Positions 1 to 11,900 of a stretch of 64,000 nucleotides of DNA are shown here, piece by piece (position 1 is the first letter of the stretch; each line of letters starts with the position of its first letter). The translations under genes were made by a program, and so were the position numbers. The stretch comes from Tubulanus polymorphus (taxonomy: Eukaryota; Animalia; Nemertea), in contig NC_134030.1 in NCBI RefSeq assembly GCF_964204645.1, forward strand, positions 10,623,947 through 10,687,946, read 5' to 3'. Below the pieces are notes generated by a model that was given only the letters and a program-made list of their open reading frames with translations, searched no databases and was not told the origin of the DNA.

Positions 1-1263
1 TGACTTTAGTACTTGAGTTCTTCGAAATTAGCCCGTCTGTCCGAGAGTACACCTGATATTGCCCTTTTGGACATCAAATTGCCCTTTTGGGATGTGAAAA
101 GTCCTTCAAAATTGGCCATTGGATCCAAACCCTGATTCCAGTTTCTCAAGCAAACGCAGAAGAGCCGCGTGACGTAAACGATTAAGCGTCGATGAATTAA
201 ATTGATTAATTTGTGATTTTTAAACTGACGGTTTAAATCGATCGTAGGAAGTTGGGCATGATCGTGTTTTCCTGTTTTGAAATGTCAGCTCGCGGGCCTC
301 GCTTCGCACGCGTTTCGTTGTAGCCGGTAGTCGAGCGAGCAGGTGCAGTAACGTCGTTCGTCGCTGCAACGCTCGCACAAAATTTGCAGATAATTCTGAT
401 GAAGATAGCCCGATCACCTGTCCACGCACCTAGCACGCAATCGGCTGTTAAATACTATCATACGCAAAGCGAATCGACTGCGACTGATTAAATTCGCGAC
501 TCCGCGCGCCGGAAGTCGCTCGAACGCGACGCCACGTGCTCGTGCAGTAATCACATGACCTTCTTGCGAGATTTGACGCATGGCGCGTGGAAGCAGGTGA
601 AACCAGTAAAGTGTTACTCTTTTGTCTTCAGTTCGACGATCGCATTTTTACACATTATTTTGTGTAATTAGATTTTAGTTGATTGGATTTTTGCAGCTGT
701 TTTGACTAAACTACACGCCGTTTCTCTAAACGGATTGCACAGAAATGAATAGTCTCTGTAGTAGTCTTCTTTATTCAAGGCGAAGACCTGATTATTTACA
801 TCGGAAATTGTTTGATTAATCGATGCAGACGGCATGTTTAAATCTGTTTATTGATTGATATATGTAAAACTATAATGCGATCAAGGATAATAGGTACGGA
901 TATGGAGCACACTCTGAAACACAGTACCCAATCTCCCGCCGCCATAAAAGAAAGGCGTGAATAAATTTTTGAATCTATTGATTCAGTAGCTAAAAACGAT
1001 TTTAGTAACTTTTCTCTAATTAACTTCTTACACAATGACAGAGAGCATGAGTTATAAAAAGGCGATTAAAGTATCTACCTGCGTTACCCGGTTGGCCAGG
1101 GTGGTGTAAAAACACCCGGTGGGTAAAAGGTGCATTATACTTGCATTAAAATTTTTCAAGAGGAATCTGAAAACTTAGTTCTTTTTTAAAGTTTTTATAA
1201 CTGCAATTAATCTTGATCACCGGTAAATGTTGACTTAATATTGAATCTCCAAGTACTTTTTAA

Positions 1264-1665
1264 GGGATAGCTAGAAAATGTACAACACGAAAATGCACAA
1301 CATGGTGGTTGACCAACAAGAATCATTAGCCACTTTTGGAATATGACAGAAAAGACATGGGTGGAAGTTGTGCGGCATTGAAAATGATGGAAAAGATCAG
1401 TCGGAATTTGGTAGAAAAATCCACTATTGGAAAATAATAGAAAATGCATCACATGAAAGTGTACAACACGGAAAATAACCTACATGAATTTGAAAGAGAA
1501 ATCCACTGCCAGAAAATAGCAGAAAAAGCAAAATGGGAAAATGCACAACATGGAAAATGATAGAATTCTATCATTTTCCATGTTGTGCATTTTCTGATTC
1601 TATTAACTAATTATTGTTGGTCATTCGCCGTGTTGTACATATTCATGTTGTATATTTTCTGCCCC
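1264..1665. mobile_element. Foldback/MITE-like element built of GAAAATGCACAAC-type sub-repeats, containing a perfect 58-bp palindrome
   Basis: Ends are imperfect inverted repeats (agaaaatgtacaacacgaaaatgcacaacatgg...gaccaacaa versus ttgttggtc...gtgttgtacatattcatgttgtatattttct). 1537-1594 is a perfect palindrome centred on GAATTC. No clear TSD. Confidence 0.6.
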
Positions 1666-1739
1666 ATTTAGGGGAATGCATTTCAACATGAAATTGATAG
1701 AATAGCCTTCTTTTTGAATGTTGTTTCCAGGAACCAGAC

Positions 1740-2054
1740 ACAGGCACTTGAATATGGGCTTTGACCTTGTTGGTGCGGTAAAAATGATTAAATTTACCGT
1801 AATCTACGATGAAAACACCAACAGGGTTGCCATCTTAATTATCCATGATGCAACTGTTTTACCCATGATCCAATGCGCATCCCTCGTCTAACTATACTAT
1901 ACAGAGTATAGTACAGTATAGTTAAACGACGGGCGCGCGTTGCATTATGGGTAAAATATTATAAAACATGGCGGATTATCGAAGTAGGAACAACGTATCG
2001 CTGGTGAATTATTAAATATTTATCCATTATCAAAGCCCATATTCAAGTGCCTGT
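1740..2054. mobile_element. Non-autonomous DNA transposon (MITE), MULE-like by its 9-bp TSD
   Basis: TIRs ACAGGCACTTGAATATGGGCTTTGA / TCAAAGCCCATATTCAAGTGCCTGT; direct repeat GAACCAGAC at 1731-1739 and 2055-2063. Confidence 0.85.
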
Positions 2055-2502
2055 GAACCAGACAACCATCAGCGCCAATTTCCTTCCACTTTGATTCAAT
2101 AACGCTGCATATATCAATAGGCCGACAACAATTATCCACATTATTGCTTGCTCTTTCCTCTCATTGCATTCCCCTTCCATTCATATCAATGATCTGAATT
2201 TTAAAATCCATGATTTTATTCCCGAATTCCTGAATTGATGCTAGTCAATAATGGAACCCTCATCTCGGGTTCATGAAACCTGATAATATGAAATAAAGAT
2301 TAAATTACGAAAAAAACTTTATTTTATATTAGAAATTACCAGTACAAATTAATGATCTGTCATATATCTGTTGCAAATTGTTCACATTACTTTATTTAGA
2401 GACACAACTAAAATGATAACCTTACAACCAAAAATTTCATTTGGCAAATAATTACATGTTATAATTCTATATTAAAACTTCACAAACCAGCACATAATTA
2501 AT

Positions 2503-2796
2503 CTAGTACAAATTAATAACCATCATCATTTCATTTCGGCAGACTGGACATCGGCCTTGTAAACCAATTAAAGTATCAAGGCATGGTCTACAAATAGAAG
2601 AATGCCCGCATGGAACAACTGCAGCCCGGCCCCCAGGAGTAGTTAAACAAATCAGGCAATTATTTTTAACCTGCTGAGGTTGTACTTGTATTCCTTGGTT
2701 TTGCTCGGCGTCATCTTGCGCATGAGGTACGGGATCTTCAATCAAATCGGGGAGTTCATCGTTTGCAATACAAAGTTTTCTATTAACAATATTGTG
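2503..2796 (-). pseudogene. C-terminal C3HC4 RING finger (IAP/MULE-transposase-associated type) in a degraded ORF
   Basis: CLIC...VPCGHSSICRPC...CPVCR...VINLY* after an acidic/Gln linker. The open frame extends up to HNIVNRKL at 2796; further upstream there are stops and a frameshift, and no ATG precedes the RING in the open part. Confidence 0.65.
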
Positions 2797-3398
2797 AAGT
2801 CAAATCTTTTCAAACGTATATCATAAGCTCATGCCACGTCGTCTTTGATAAAAATGCGTCGTCGTGTTGTTTTAGTTCGATGAATAATGAATGTATTTCG
2901 ATGGATAGAAACGTCAATTAATCTTTTCCATACTAATCTAAATTGTTTTTAGCGATATCATGATTATAACGGAAATTACACCGGATGTTTTTACTGAGGA
3001 ATCCGTAAAGTCGCCTGTTTTCAGGCTATAAAATACGGGCACAGAAGTAAATTAGAGTGAAATTTTTCATTTAGTCGCACGGAAACTTGAAATATTCATG
3101 ATTCAAATAAAATATGACGTCATTTCATTTCATTCGGCGACTCGTATAAGCACGACAACGATCGATCAAAGTCTTCTGCGGAAAAAGTTTCTTAGAGTCT
3201 GCTGGATTGGAATTCCAGCGAGTTGATGTAAGAACTGACGAAGGAAAGGTTTTCCGAAGAACATTTATCATTATTTGTGGAGTAATTCGAACGTATTGTG
3301 ATTCGGTGAATATTACTCCATTCGGTAACATTTTCCAGTGAACCACCGTGAACTTTTTAAATGTCGAGTTTTATGTGTCCAATCAATTTCCTTTTCTG

Positions 3399-3506
3399 GG
3401 ACCAGTTCCACAGTCGTGAGATAAAATTTGACTCCGAGTTAAAACATTGAAAATTAACTAACTTTAACTCAGAGTTAACTCTAACTCACAACTGTGGAAC
3501 TGGGTC
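3399..3506. mobile_element. ~108-bp MITE with CWG TSD (PIF/Harbinger-like), multicopy family
   Basis: TIR CCAGTTCCACAG / CTGTGGAACTGG; CTG on both sides. Related copies at 17401-17506 (CAG TSD), 18075-18420 (cluster), 43340-43532, and a partial copy at ~61425-61450. Confidence 0.8.
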
Positions 3507-3771
3507 CTGGTGGCTGTTTTCATATCTAACCATTATGTACTTGTTCTAGATTTACCGTATGTAAGTGATATTACGATATCAAATATCTCTAATGTTTTAT
3601 TGACAATCGGTGTCTTGATTATGAGGAATGCAGTTACGAATTGGGTTTGCAGTTCTCTAATCTGTTAGTAGAATAACCATTCTCTGACGTAGAGAATAGA
3701 CAATAAGTTTTAAAACTTCGATGTACGTAATCTAAAAGATTCAAAAGCAAATTTTATTAATCAAACATTAA

Positions 3772-3833
3772 AATCAAAAGATACGACGTTTCGATCTCTC
3801 ACTAGAGATTCATCGTCAGGTTTATTTTGACTT
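3772..3833 (-). ncRNA. Minimal type-I hammerhead ribozyme motif (Penelope-like element type)
   Basis: Minus strand reads CTGACGA-T-G(A)ATCTCT-AGTG-AGAGATC-GAAACGTC/G: complete catalytic core, 7-bp stem II, palindromic ACGT in place of stem III, stem I AGTCAAAATAAAC / GTATCTTTTGATT with two mismatches. Confidence 0.65.
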
Positions 3834-5919
3834 AAACACTTTGTATCAGTAAATCTCGCTTCTAATATTTTAAATCTTCTAGTAGGGTTTTAAACTTATT
3901 CTCTAAACTATGTTTAAACAAGTAAATATTACCATGATAACGACTTGAGATTTCTTTTCATGCTGTATTCTGGGCATTTCAGATTTCAACATAAGATTTG
4001 GTCGTAAGAATTGCTAAGTTACTTCAGAAGGCTGACCACAAAATCCACTGGAACGGTAAATCGTTAATTACAGGATCGTGGGTTGACGTGAAATTGATGA
4101 TCTGTTGACGAAGTCGGCCTTTATAAATTGAAGATCCATAAGAACGAACCGACGACGCTGCTGCTGCTGCAAATACATACTCGTATTCGGGGTGATCTGA
4201 CGCACGGCAACGATAAATATTTGATACGTAATTATCGGGACGGAAATAGGTAGGGAAATCACCGCTTTCATTAGGCATTTAGGCAGGTGTGCATCAGAAA
4301 ATTGATGCACACTAAGTATTTATCTGACAAATTGTGTCGTATTCTCACGACATCGTGTACTCGCTTTAATACCTCATTAATAAAGTCCCGGGTTGATTCA
4401 TCTTTTATGGATCCACGTGTGGTTAGAAACAACGACTCGGTTATTTATCTAAATTATTCAATTTCTTATTTAAAAAAAAGATTTACATTGACTTAGATTT
4501 TATAGGTTTTATTTTCTAGTTTTTTTTTTCAACTTACCTATCAGTTTCTGATTGCACGCGACTTAATGTTCATGCACTGCACAAGGGTGGATCTAGAAGG
4601 GAGCACGAGGAGCACTTTTCCCGTGTCCTTTCGAAAATACAATCGCTATATTTTTCGGGGCACTTTTTCCACTTGCAACTAATAAGACAGCAGTCCGCAA
4701 CGCAAGATTTAGCTTATATTCTCTCAAATGGCCCCGAGTGCCTAGAAATTGTATGAAAATGCACTGAAATGTCCAAATTTTCCAGACCCTTGTTTTGGCT
4801 GGGCGGATACTTGATCATTGAACCGCATTTTTACCAAACGCGTTTATTGCCAAAAAAGTCGTATATATATAATTTGATTAAACACCTTTTAGCCGACGAT
4901 GTGAGTTGCTCGATAAGCAATCCGTAGTTGTTTTGCCAGTCACATTCCAGCGGTTTCTTCGTGAACGCCGAAAACCAACTGAGTATAAAACGATTAACCA
5001 CGAAGACAAGAAACATAGAGCCGAAAATTGATTTGAAATATTTTCAATATAGACGCTTTTAACAGCTCGAATGTGTTTTGAAAATGACCCTTTTTCTACT
5101 CACCCAGGAATTACTTTTGTCTCTATACTCTTAACTACATTGTCTCATTTCAAAACGCTATTACGAATCAATTTTCGTTCTACTCTAATGCATGGGTAAA
5201 AGCGATTTTTCGCAGCCTTATAATTCTACTTATAATCGTTTAACGTATAAATTATTTTATTAGTTCTACATATTCAGATATGTTGTTTTACATCTAGTTT
5301 TTACATTAAACATATTTGCTAATTCTTATCATTAGCACATTGCACTGGTAAAACGTTACAGTCTGTGTAAAATACGGATGATAAAACTGAATCCTTGGAT
5401 ACATTTTTTCCAAGAAACATTATGTAGAAGCGATTGCAAACTTTGTTTCACATCAACACATAATATCAATTGTATTGCCAGAAAAACGTTTAATGATATT
5501 CATTCATCTATGTTGTATTCTACAAATGTTTTTTACCTTCCAACAATGCCTTACAAAATATACTGTAACAACGATCAGTTCAATTTCACATTACCACTGA
5601 TCTTAAGCCAATATTTCAACTTGCAGGCCCAAGTAGGAAAAATCCAATATGTATATAACCGAGAACAGTATAATATGTTTTTGGCCAATTCTCTGTATAG
5701 AAGTTATCGCCGAGAAAATTCAACACGAGGATTTCTTCTTTCAAATCATCCGTTACCACTGCGAAACGGTGAGGGGATAACTAAATGTCGGATTCAATTC
5801 GAATCTAATCAGTCGGTGTGCGGTAAAACCGGATTTTTAATCGAACCAATAACTCGATAATATAGCACCATATTCGTCTTTTAAAATTAAGCGAGTTTTT
5901 GTGTCTGTTTTTTTATTAT

Positions 5920-8635
5920 TTACGACAATGTCGGATACGGATGAGCCAAAGTCGTCTGCGATGGAAAGGTCGGCGTCGGTAACGTCGTAGGCGGTTTATA
6001 ATAGCAGGCTCCGCAGAATCCGGCGTAGCTCGTGCTCATCTGGTGATACGGGTTCGTTGCGCATGTGTTGCCGAAACCAAGTGCTCTGAAAAATACACAC
6101 AACGAATACGACGTTTAAAAAAAGATATTCGCTTCAAAGCAGTCCTTCATCTTAGATATTAGAATTTACAAAATTATCTTCAACCATGTAATAAAGTTAT
6201 TTCCAAAATCTCGATGTATCGAATTAGGCAGCAAACAAAATTAGCTGGTCAGGCTTAGTTGGGAGATTTTTTGAATGAACCGGAACCGAAAATTCCAATT
6301 TTCCCCTTCGATTAAACGAAATAAATTCTATGAATTCGACCGCCGATAACACATCCATATCTGTACTTTGATTTCCGATTTCAAAATCAAACCCCCTGTT
6401 TCGCTCCCGGCAGGTGTGGCGGGTTTGTTAGGGACACCGAAATAAACAAAATCAAACGAAATCTTCCACCAATCGAATAGACAGGGTCAATCACTATTGT
6501 AAGGTCGCGATTATTGTAATGTATATTGTTTATTCATCAATTCTGTAAAAATTTCATACGAAAAATGAATCATATCGTATATCGTATCATATCATATCAT
6601 ATCATATCATATCATATCATATCAGATCTTAGATACGAAATGTAACCCCTTGTGACAATTTTCTACCATATATGAATATAGCTGGATCATTTTCATACCG
6701 CTGCGCTTTACACGTTACCGTCCCCCAAAATGGTAACACCGATAGAAAAACGTTCTCTCACCTCATGTGCTGGTCCATTTGTGCTTTTTCGATTCGTTTG
6801 TCTTTCGCTCGGCGATTTTGAAACCAGATTTTGATCTGTGTTTCGGTCAGGTTCAGCATCTCGGCTAATTCGAATCGGCGCGGTCTGGTGATGTACTCGG
6901 TGCGGTGGTATTCGAGCTCGAGTTTTAGAGTTTGTTCGCTGGTGAACGTCGTCCGTTGTCGCCGTGGCCGGTTCTCCTTCCGGCGTCGACGAGGGACTGT
7001 AACCAAAAGATTTTACAATATAGATAATCGAAAGAAAAAGAACGCGATTACTCCTAGCGAACATCAAAAGGGGCTATCTGCACAGGGGTGGGGTGGGGGT
7101 TGGAAGGGTGCGAAAGAACCCCTTTTATATACTTTTCATGTTGGTGCCCTCAGCAGGAAAAAGTGTGAGCGCAAAGTTTTGATACTTCATACATTGGCAC
7201 CGACTGGGATTCGAACCTAGTCGTGTTTGCGATCACTGACAGGGAGTAAACAACGCGTGGGCGTTCGGAGACTATTTCTGCTTAGAATTTCAGTTTCAAA
7301 AATGTTACAAAATTAGTTTAGTGTAATCGTTTCGACGTCGTCTCTACAACGTATGGATGGCACAGTTTTCGAACTGTTCTAGTGAATCAAAAATTTATAG
7401 GCAAATTTGTACCTTCAAATACGTTGCCAAAGGTAATAAATATAGAGGGAATCCCACAATAATAACGAAGTCTGAAAATGTTTCCTTGAGCTGTTAGTAT
7501 ATTCGACGATATACACTTTGATTAAGAATAAACTATCTCCGATATCATGATAGTTATTTGAGGAATACTTCAGTATTGGTCCGACACAGGGGCCAGTTGC
7601 ACAGCCCCGGCTTAGATTTAAGACCGGCATTTTGTCCATCTTTGTTCTCTAGCCAAAGATTTCAGACCATGACCTGGTGTTTGGCTCAACCCAGTATCAC
7701 ACGACAGCATTCGCTGCATAACTTTTTCCACTCTTTGCCAAATTTTCGAAATTACGTTATTTGAATGAATACATGGGAATGGATCAAAATCATGTGTATG
7801 AATTGGACGATAACCACTAAAAATTTTGTGGTGGGACATCGCCCAAACGATCTTATAATTCTGAATACGTTTTCATAACTTTCTATTTCTTTATTGCAGT
7901 TCAAAACTACGATAATGATCCTTTCACGCCCAACGTTTCACTTTCAAAATACTATTAAATCTCTGTAAATTTCTTGTTATGACTTGATAAGCCGTAAGTT
8001 TTGTCCTGTTTATAGTATTGTTTAAGAATGTTAAAGTATACAAAATGCATGGGCGTGATTCGTGAAAGTCATATGATATGTACGGCATATTATAGCCAAT
8101 ATAGGAAACAAATCTATTACTTACATAAACCAAGTCCGGGGGCGAGAGCCAGATCTGAAAAACCTCCGAACATACTTTGCGTCGGGTACATCGGTAAATT
8201 GTTCGCCTGGGCGGCTCGTAACGGGTCCATCGACAGTTGTGACCGGCTTTGCAAGCTGAAACTTGTAGCGTCCATAAACTTCATCGACGACTGGCTACTG
8301 TGCGTCGGCGTTATCGTCGTGAAAGCCGACAGTCTGTCCGGAGTGGCCATCGAAGGCAACATCGTCAACGGCGAAATGGTGCCCGATGAGCTGGACACCG
8401 CGGATAAAGGTGGAGGAATGGGTGTCGGATTCGCCAGGCTTGCCGGTGGGTTGAACGCGCTGCCGAGACCTGATAAAAGTCCAGTCGGTCCGGCTCCGAG
8501 CGGGGCGGAATTCGCGCTGTTGCTCCCAACGCTTCCTAAACTTCCGACGCTGGCGCAGTTCACTCGGGCCGGTTCGGGAAGAGGCGTTTGCCCGGCAGAA
8601 GTCGGTAAACTCATAGCAGGCTTAATGTCCATCAT
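5920..8635 (-). CDS. ro: Homeobox protein Rough (ANTP class), 3 coding exons, 303 aa
   Basis: complement(join 8125-8635, 6762-6996, 5920-6085) = 912 nt in frame with GT-AG junctions (phases 1 and 2). Homeodomain [63 protein letters not shown] matches the Rough family signature (EQTL.LE.E..R.EYI.R.RRFELA; [12 protein letters not shown]). Confidence 0.95.
6569..6624 (+). repeat. (ATATC)n microsatellite in Rough intron 2
   Basis: Directly visible pentamer run. Confidence 0.95.
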
Positions 8636-8924
8636 TTTGATCGAATATGTTTTTCTTAGAGCGCCGATAGTTTTACACCGATCGCGAGACGAAATCGGCC
8701 ATGTTGATCGTCTATTCGAAATCCTAAAAATCTAATTTACAGAGACTGCTTGTCTGATAAACGTACGTCTAATTTTGCCGTCGAACACACGGAAAACTGG
8801 TGTCCACACGCGTGATTGTAACAAGTGCGCCGTCGATTATGAAATACCTTTTAGACCAGTTACGGATACGGACACTCGTTATTATCGTTGAAGAGCCTCT
8901 ACGGGATGCGCGTGTTCCGTCGAC

Positions 8925-8980
8925 AACTGACAAATCTCAGCAAAACCGTTTACTCGAGCGACGGTGCCTTTTTATATAGA
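8925..8980 (-). promoter_or_regulatory. Putative Rough core promoter (TATA box and Inr-like motif)
   Basis: Minus-strand CTATATAAAAA at ~8969-8979 and TCAGTT at 8925-8930, about 300 nt upstream of the ATG; CpG-rich upstream region with GGGCGGGG and ATTGG motifs at 9130-9170. Confidence 0.5.
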
Positions 8981-11900
8981 ACGGTGATCACCTGGGAAAG
9001 GGGACATTGATTTAGCAGTTGACGGTTTCCGATTAGAGGACGTGCGGTTAATCGATACACGTGCGCAGAGACGACGTCGAGCTGCGTCGTCGAGCATTGT
9101 CGCATTGTTACAATCAAATTTACCTGCGAGCTGGGCGGGGCGTCGTCCGGATCGGCGAAACGATTGGTCGCGCGTTGAATTCAGAGGAATAACGTCGTCG
9201 TCGCAGAATCGGTGAAAATTCCCGAGGAAAGTATCAAACGTATAATCATCGGTCTATTTCATCGGTAAGAAATTAGATGACGAAATAAGATCTCAATATT
9301 TCATTTTATGGATAAAAGGATCACTGATGTTTTTGGTCAACGTTGGATTTATTTTTGCTATAAGCTATGTCTAAAATGCCGTCATGAAAGCAGCGTTGTC
9401 TCGTGTTCATCGCAGTATTTCGGAATGTATTTTTTGTACCCGTAAAACAGCACGAAAACTGCTTGGCGACTGAATTCAAGCTGTGTGGCAAGAGTCGCTT
9501 TCACGCGCGTAGGAAGTGAGAACAAAATCGTGAAAATGTGATAACTTATTCATCCAATTATAAGAGATAAATCAGTAATATTCGCGTATAATAGTTGCAA
9601 TAATGGATATTAATAATGCTTGGAGGCGAATATCAATAATTGGGGTATTTTGTATACCTAAATTATTTGTCACTCAAAACGCGCCCTCCAGATACGTATG
9701 TACATAAGCAGCCCTATCTAGCCGTCTATTGTGTCTTCGGCGCCCTAGAGTTTTCCCGACGTATCGACATGTAAAGTAAAACTTCAATTATCAGGATTTT
9801 AATGAATTTTAACGAACCCGCAGACGACGGGTGGGAATCCTCCAGATGACGTCGTTGTTCCGCCCTGGGGAATCCGCCATCGTCTACCCGAGACGCATAC
9901 GCGTAGGCCTACTCTACCCCTACGCACGCGCGAGCGCGTATAAATACAACCGTTCGAGCATGAAACACGCAAAAGAAATAGCGCTGTTGTACACGCAATA
10001 TTTAGAATATATCATATAACACTTATCTCAATCTGCGACCACAGAAATCAAATTCAAATTAACGTATCTCACTGAATTTAAATGAGCTTCATTCATTCAT
10101 TCATCTTGAACGTATCATTTAGGAGTACTTTTTTTTCTCTTTTAATTCCGGAGTGATAGGTTGTCTCTTTGTGTCTTTCGCGTTCCTGTTCGGAAACCTG
10201 TCATCTAAAATAAAAATTCAACCGTTGCTCCGCACAAATGTATCATTGTCACCGTTGTCACTTAAACAGCAATTTGTATGGAATCAGGAGCATCGTGATT
10301 CTGCTAGTCGCGTGGCCATCTCGTAAAAACCAATCAGCGCCGAGCTTCGAAACAACAGTAGTTTAGACACATAGCGTCAAACTGCGCGCAAATGGCTTTT
10401 TTAAGTGCTGCTATTAGAAACTACGCAAATATGAGGCCTATATACTGCGTCAGGACCTAATGTCTATTTCAATTTGACTTGAGAGGACATTCATCGGGTG
10501 GCCTAGCTCAATCAGGTTGGGTGTACATAGGTCTTTAAAAGGACCAGAAGTCTGGCAGTTGAACTAAAACATTGATTTTTGATGATACACTTCGTGGAAG
10601 GATTGCCAAAAAGTATTGATTGCATCATAGAAAAGAAAGTCTAGAAACTGCAGTGTATCAGACCAAAGATCCACTGCATTTAGCAATTCTCAAAAAGTAT
10701 TGATTGAAGGGGTTGCATCATCGAAAAGGGAGTCTATGAACCCGTGTATCAGACCGAAGATTCACCCGCCGAACGGTTCATTGTCCGAAAGCCGTTAACT
10801 CTTCAAGAAGAACACGTCTGCTAACGGAAATCGACATCGTATCAAGCGTTGAATGGCGTCGAAAAAAAAGATGGACGATAGGACACGTGATTAGATACAC
10901 GTGACACAGTCGGCTTAGTAGACAATTATCGCTCAATAAGTAATAGCATTAAACGACTATTATCACGACCTTCACCGATCTTGCAAGGTCACGATAAGGC
11001 CTCGCTAGCGGAAAACTGTACTTTCACGTTTTTTCATATTATCAATTGGGCCCGTTTCATTAGGTTTGTTTTTTCAATTTTGACTATTGACACTTTGAAT
11101 TGATCTATAAAGCAGCCCCGAAGATCATGGATTCTTCATTTTAGACTCATCATGAACGCATCAATAATTTACTGGATTTCTGGCGCACCGTTGAATTTGT
11201 AATTTTTGTCGAAAATGGGCTGAATTTACCGACAATATCACCGTTTTTTAAAGTTTTTTTTCTGCAAATTTGATATGGATCAGACTACTGATTACTTAAT
11301 TACTCGAATTAAACATCAATTATTAATTATTGCTGAATATGGTTTTTCCTCCTTTTTTTCTTATTGGCAAACCGTCTAATATCAATAAACATCCATTTAT
11401 GGGCATATTATATCCGTCGAATATGAATAATGAATTAAATCATTAAACAGCGAACTGTCGAATATGGTAAATCAACAAATGATTTTTTGGTGAACCCGCG
11501 AAATCCCGAAATGGTCACTCAATCTCTAGTAGTTTTTCTTGACCCCGTCGAATATGATGACCCCTTTTTTCAGTACGAAATATTGGTTACTTTCATTTTT
11601 GGTATTTGCTTGTCTAATACGCTAGCTCATCCTCAAGCTATCTACAATGTGTGTAGGGCTGGCGTAAATTTTATCGGCGGCTACAAGCGGTCAATATAAA
11701 AAAGTGTGTAAACCTATAATTTCAATATTCAAATGTTTTAGAAAATATGTTCGATACTAGGGCCGGGTATGCCGGTTTCATGAGAACGATCCCGATTAGC
11801 AATTTATAATAGCATAGCTGTTGTATACGGCTCCGCGTCCTCTGATGGCGTGTGTTTCAGGTGATGACTCAATTATATTCTTTATTTATCCTTATGTTAA

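Noticed and set aside
100-1060. CpG-rich promoter-like stretch (CCGGAAGT, TCACATGA) and short ORFs at the left edge
   Set aside because: No gene model can be supported within the window.
5378-5860. 160-aa + strand ORF
   Set aside because: Antisense to the probable Rough 3' UTR; AT-rich with no motifs.
6708-7220. 119-aa and 129-aa ORFs over the homeobox
   Set aside because: Alternate-frame and antisense readings of Rough exon 2.
7195-7225. tRNA-like B-box fragments (also ~36560-36635 and ~38330-38385)
   Set aside because: No complete cloverleaf; probably SINE heads.
8028-8735. 235-aa + strand ORF
   Set aside because: Antisense shadow of GC-rich Rough exon 1; no recognisable domain.
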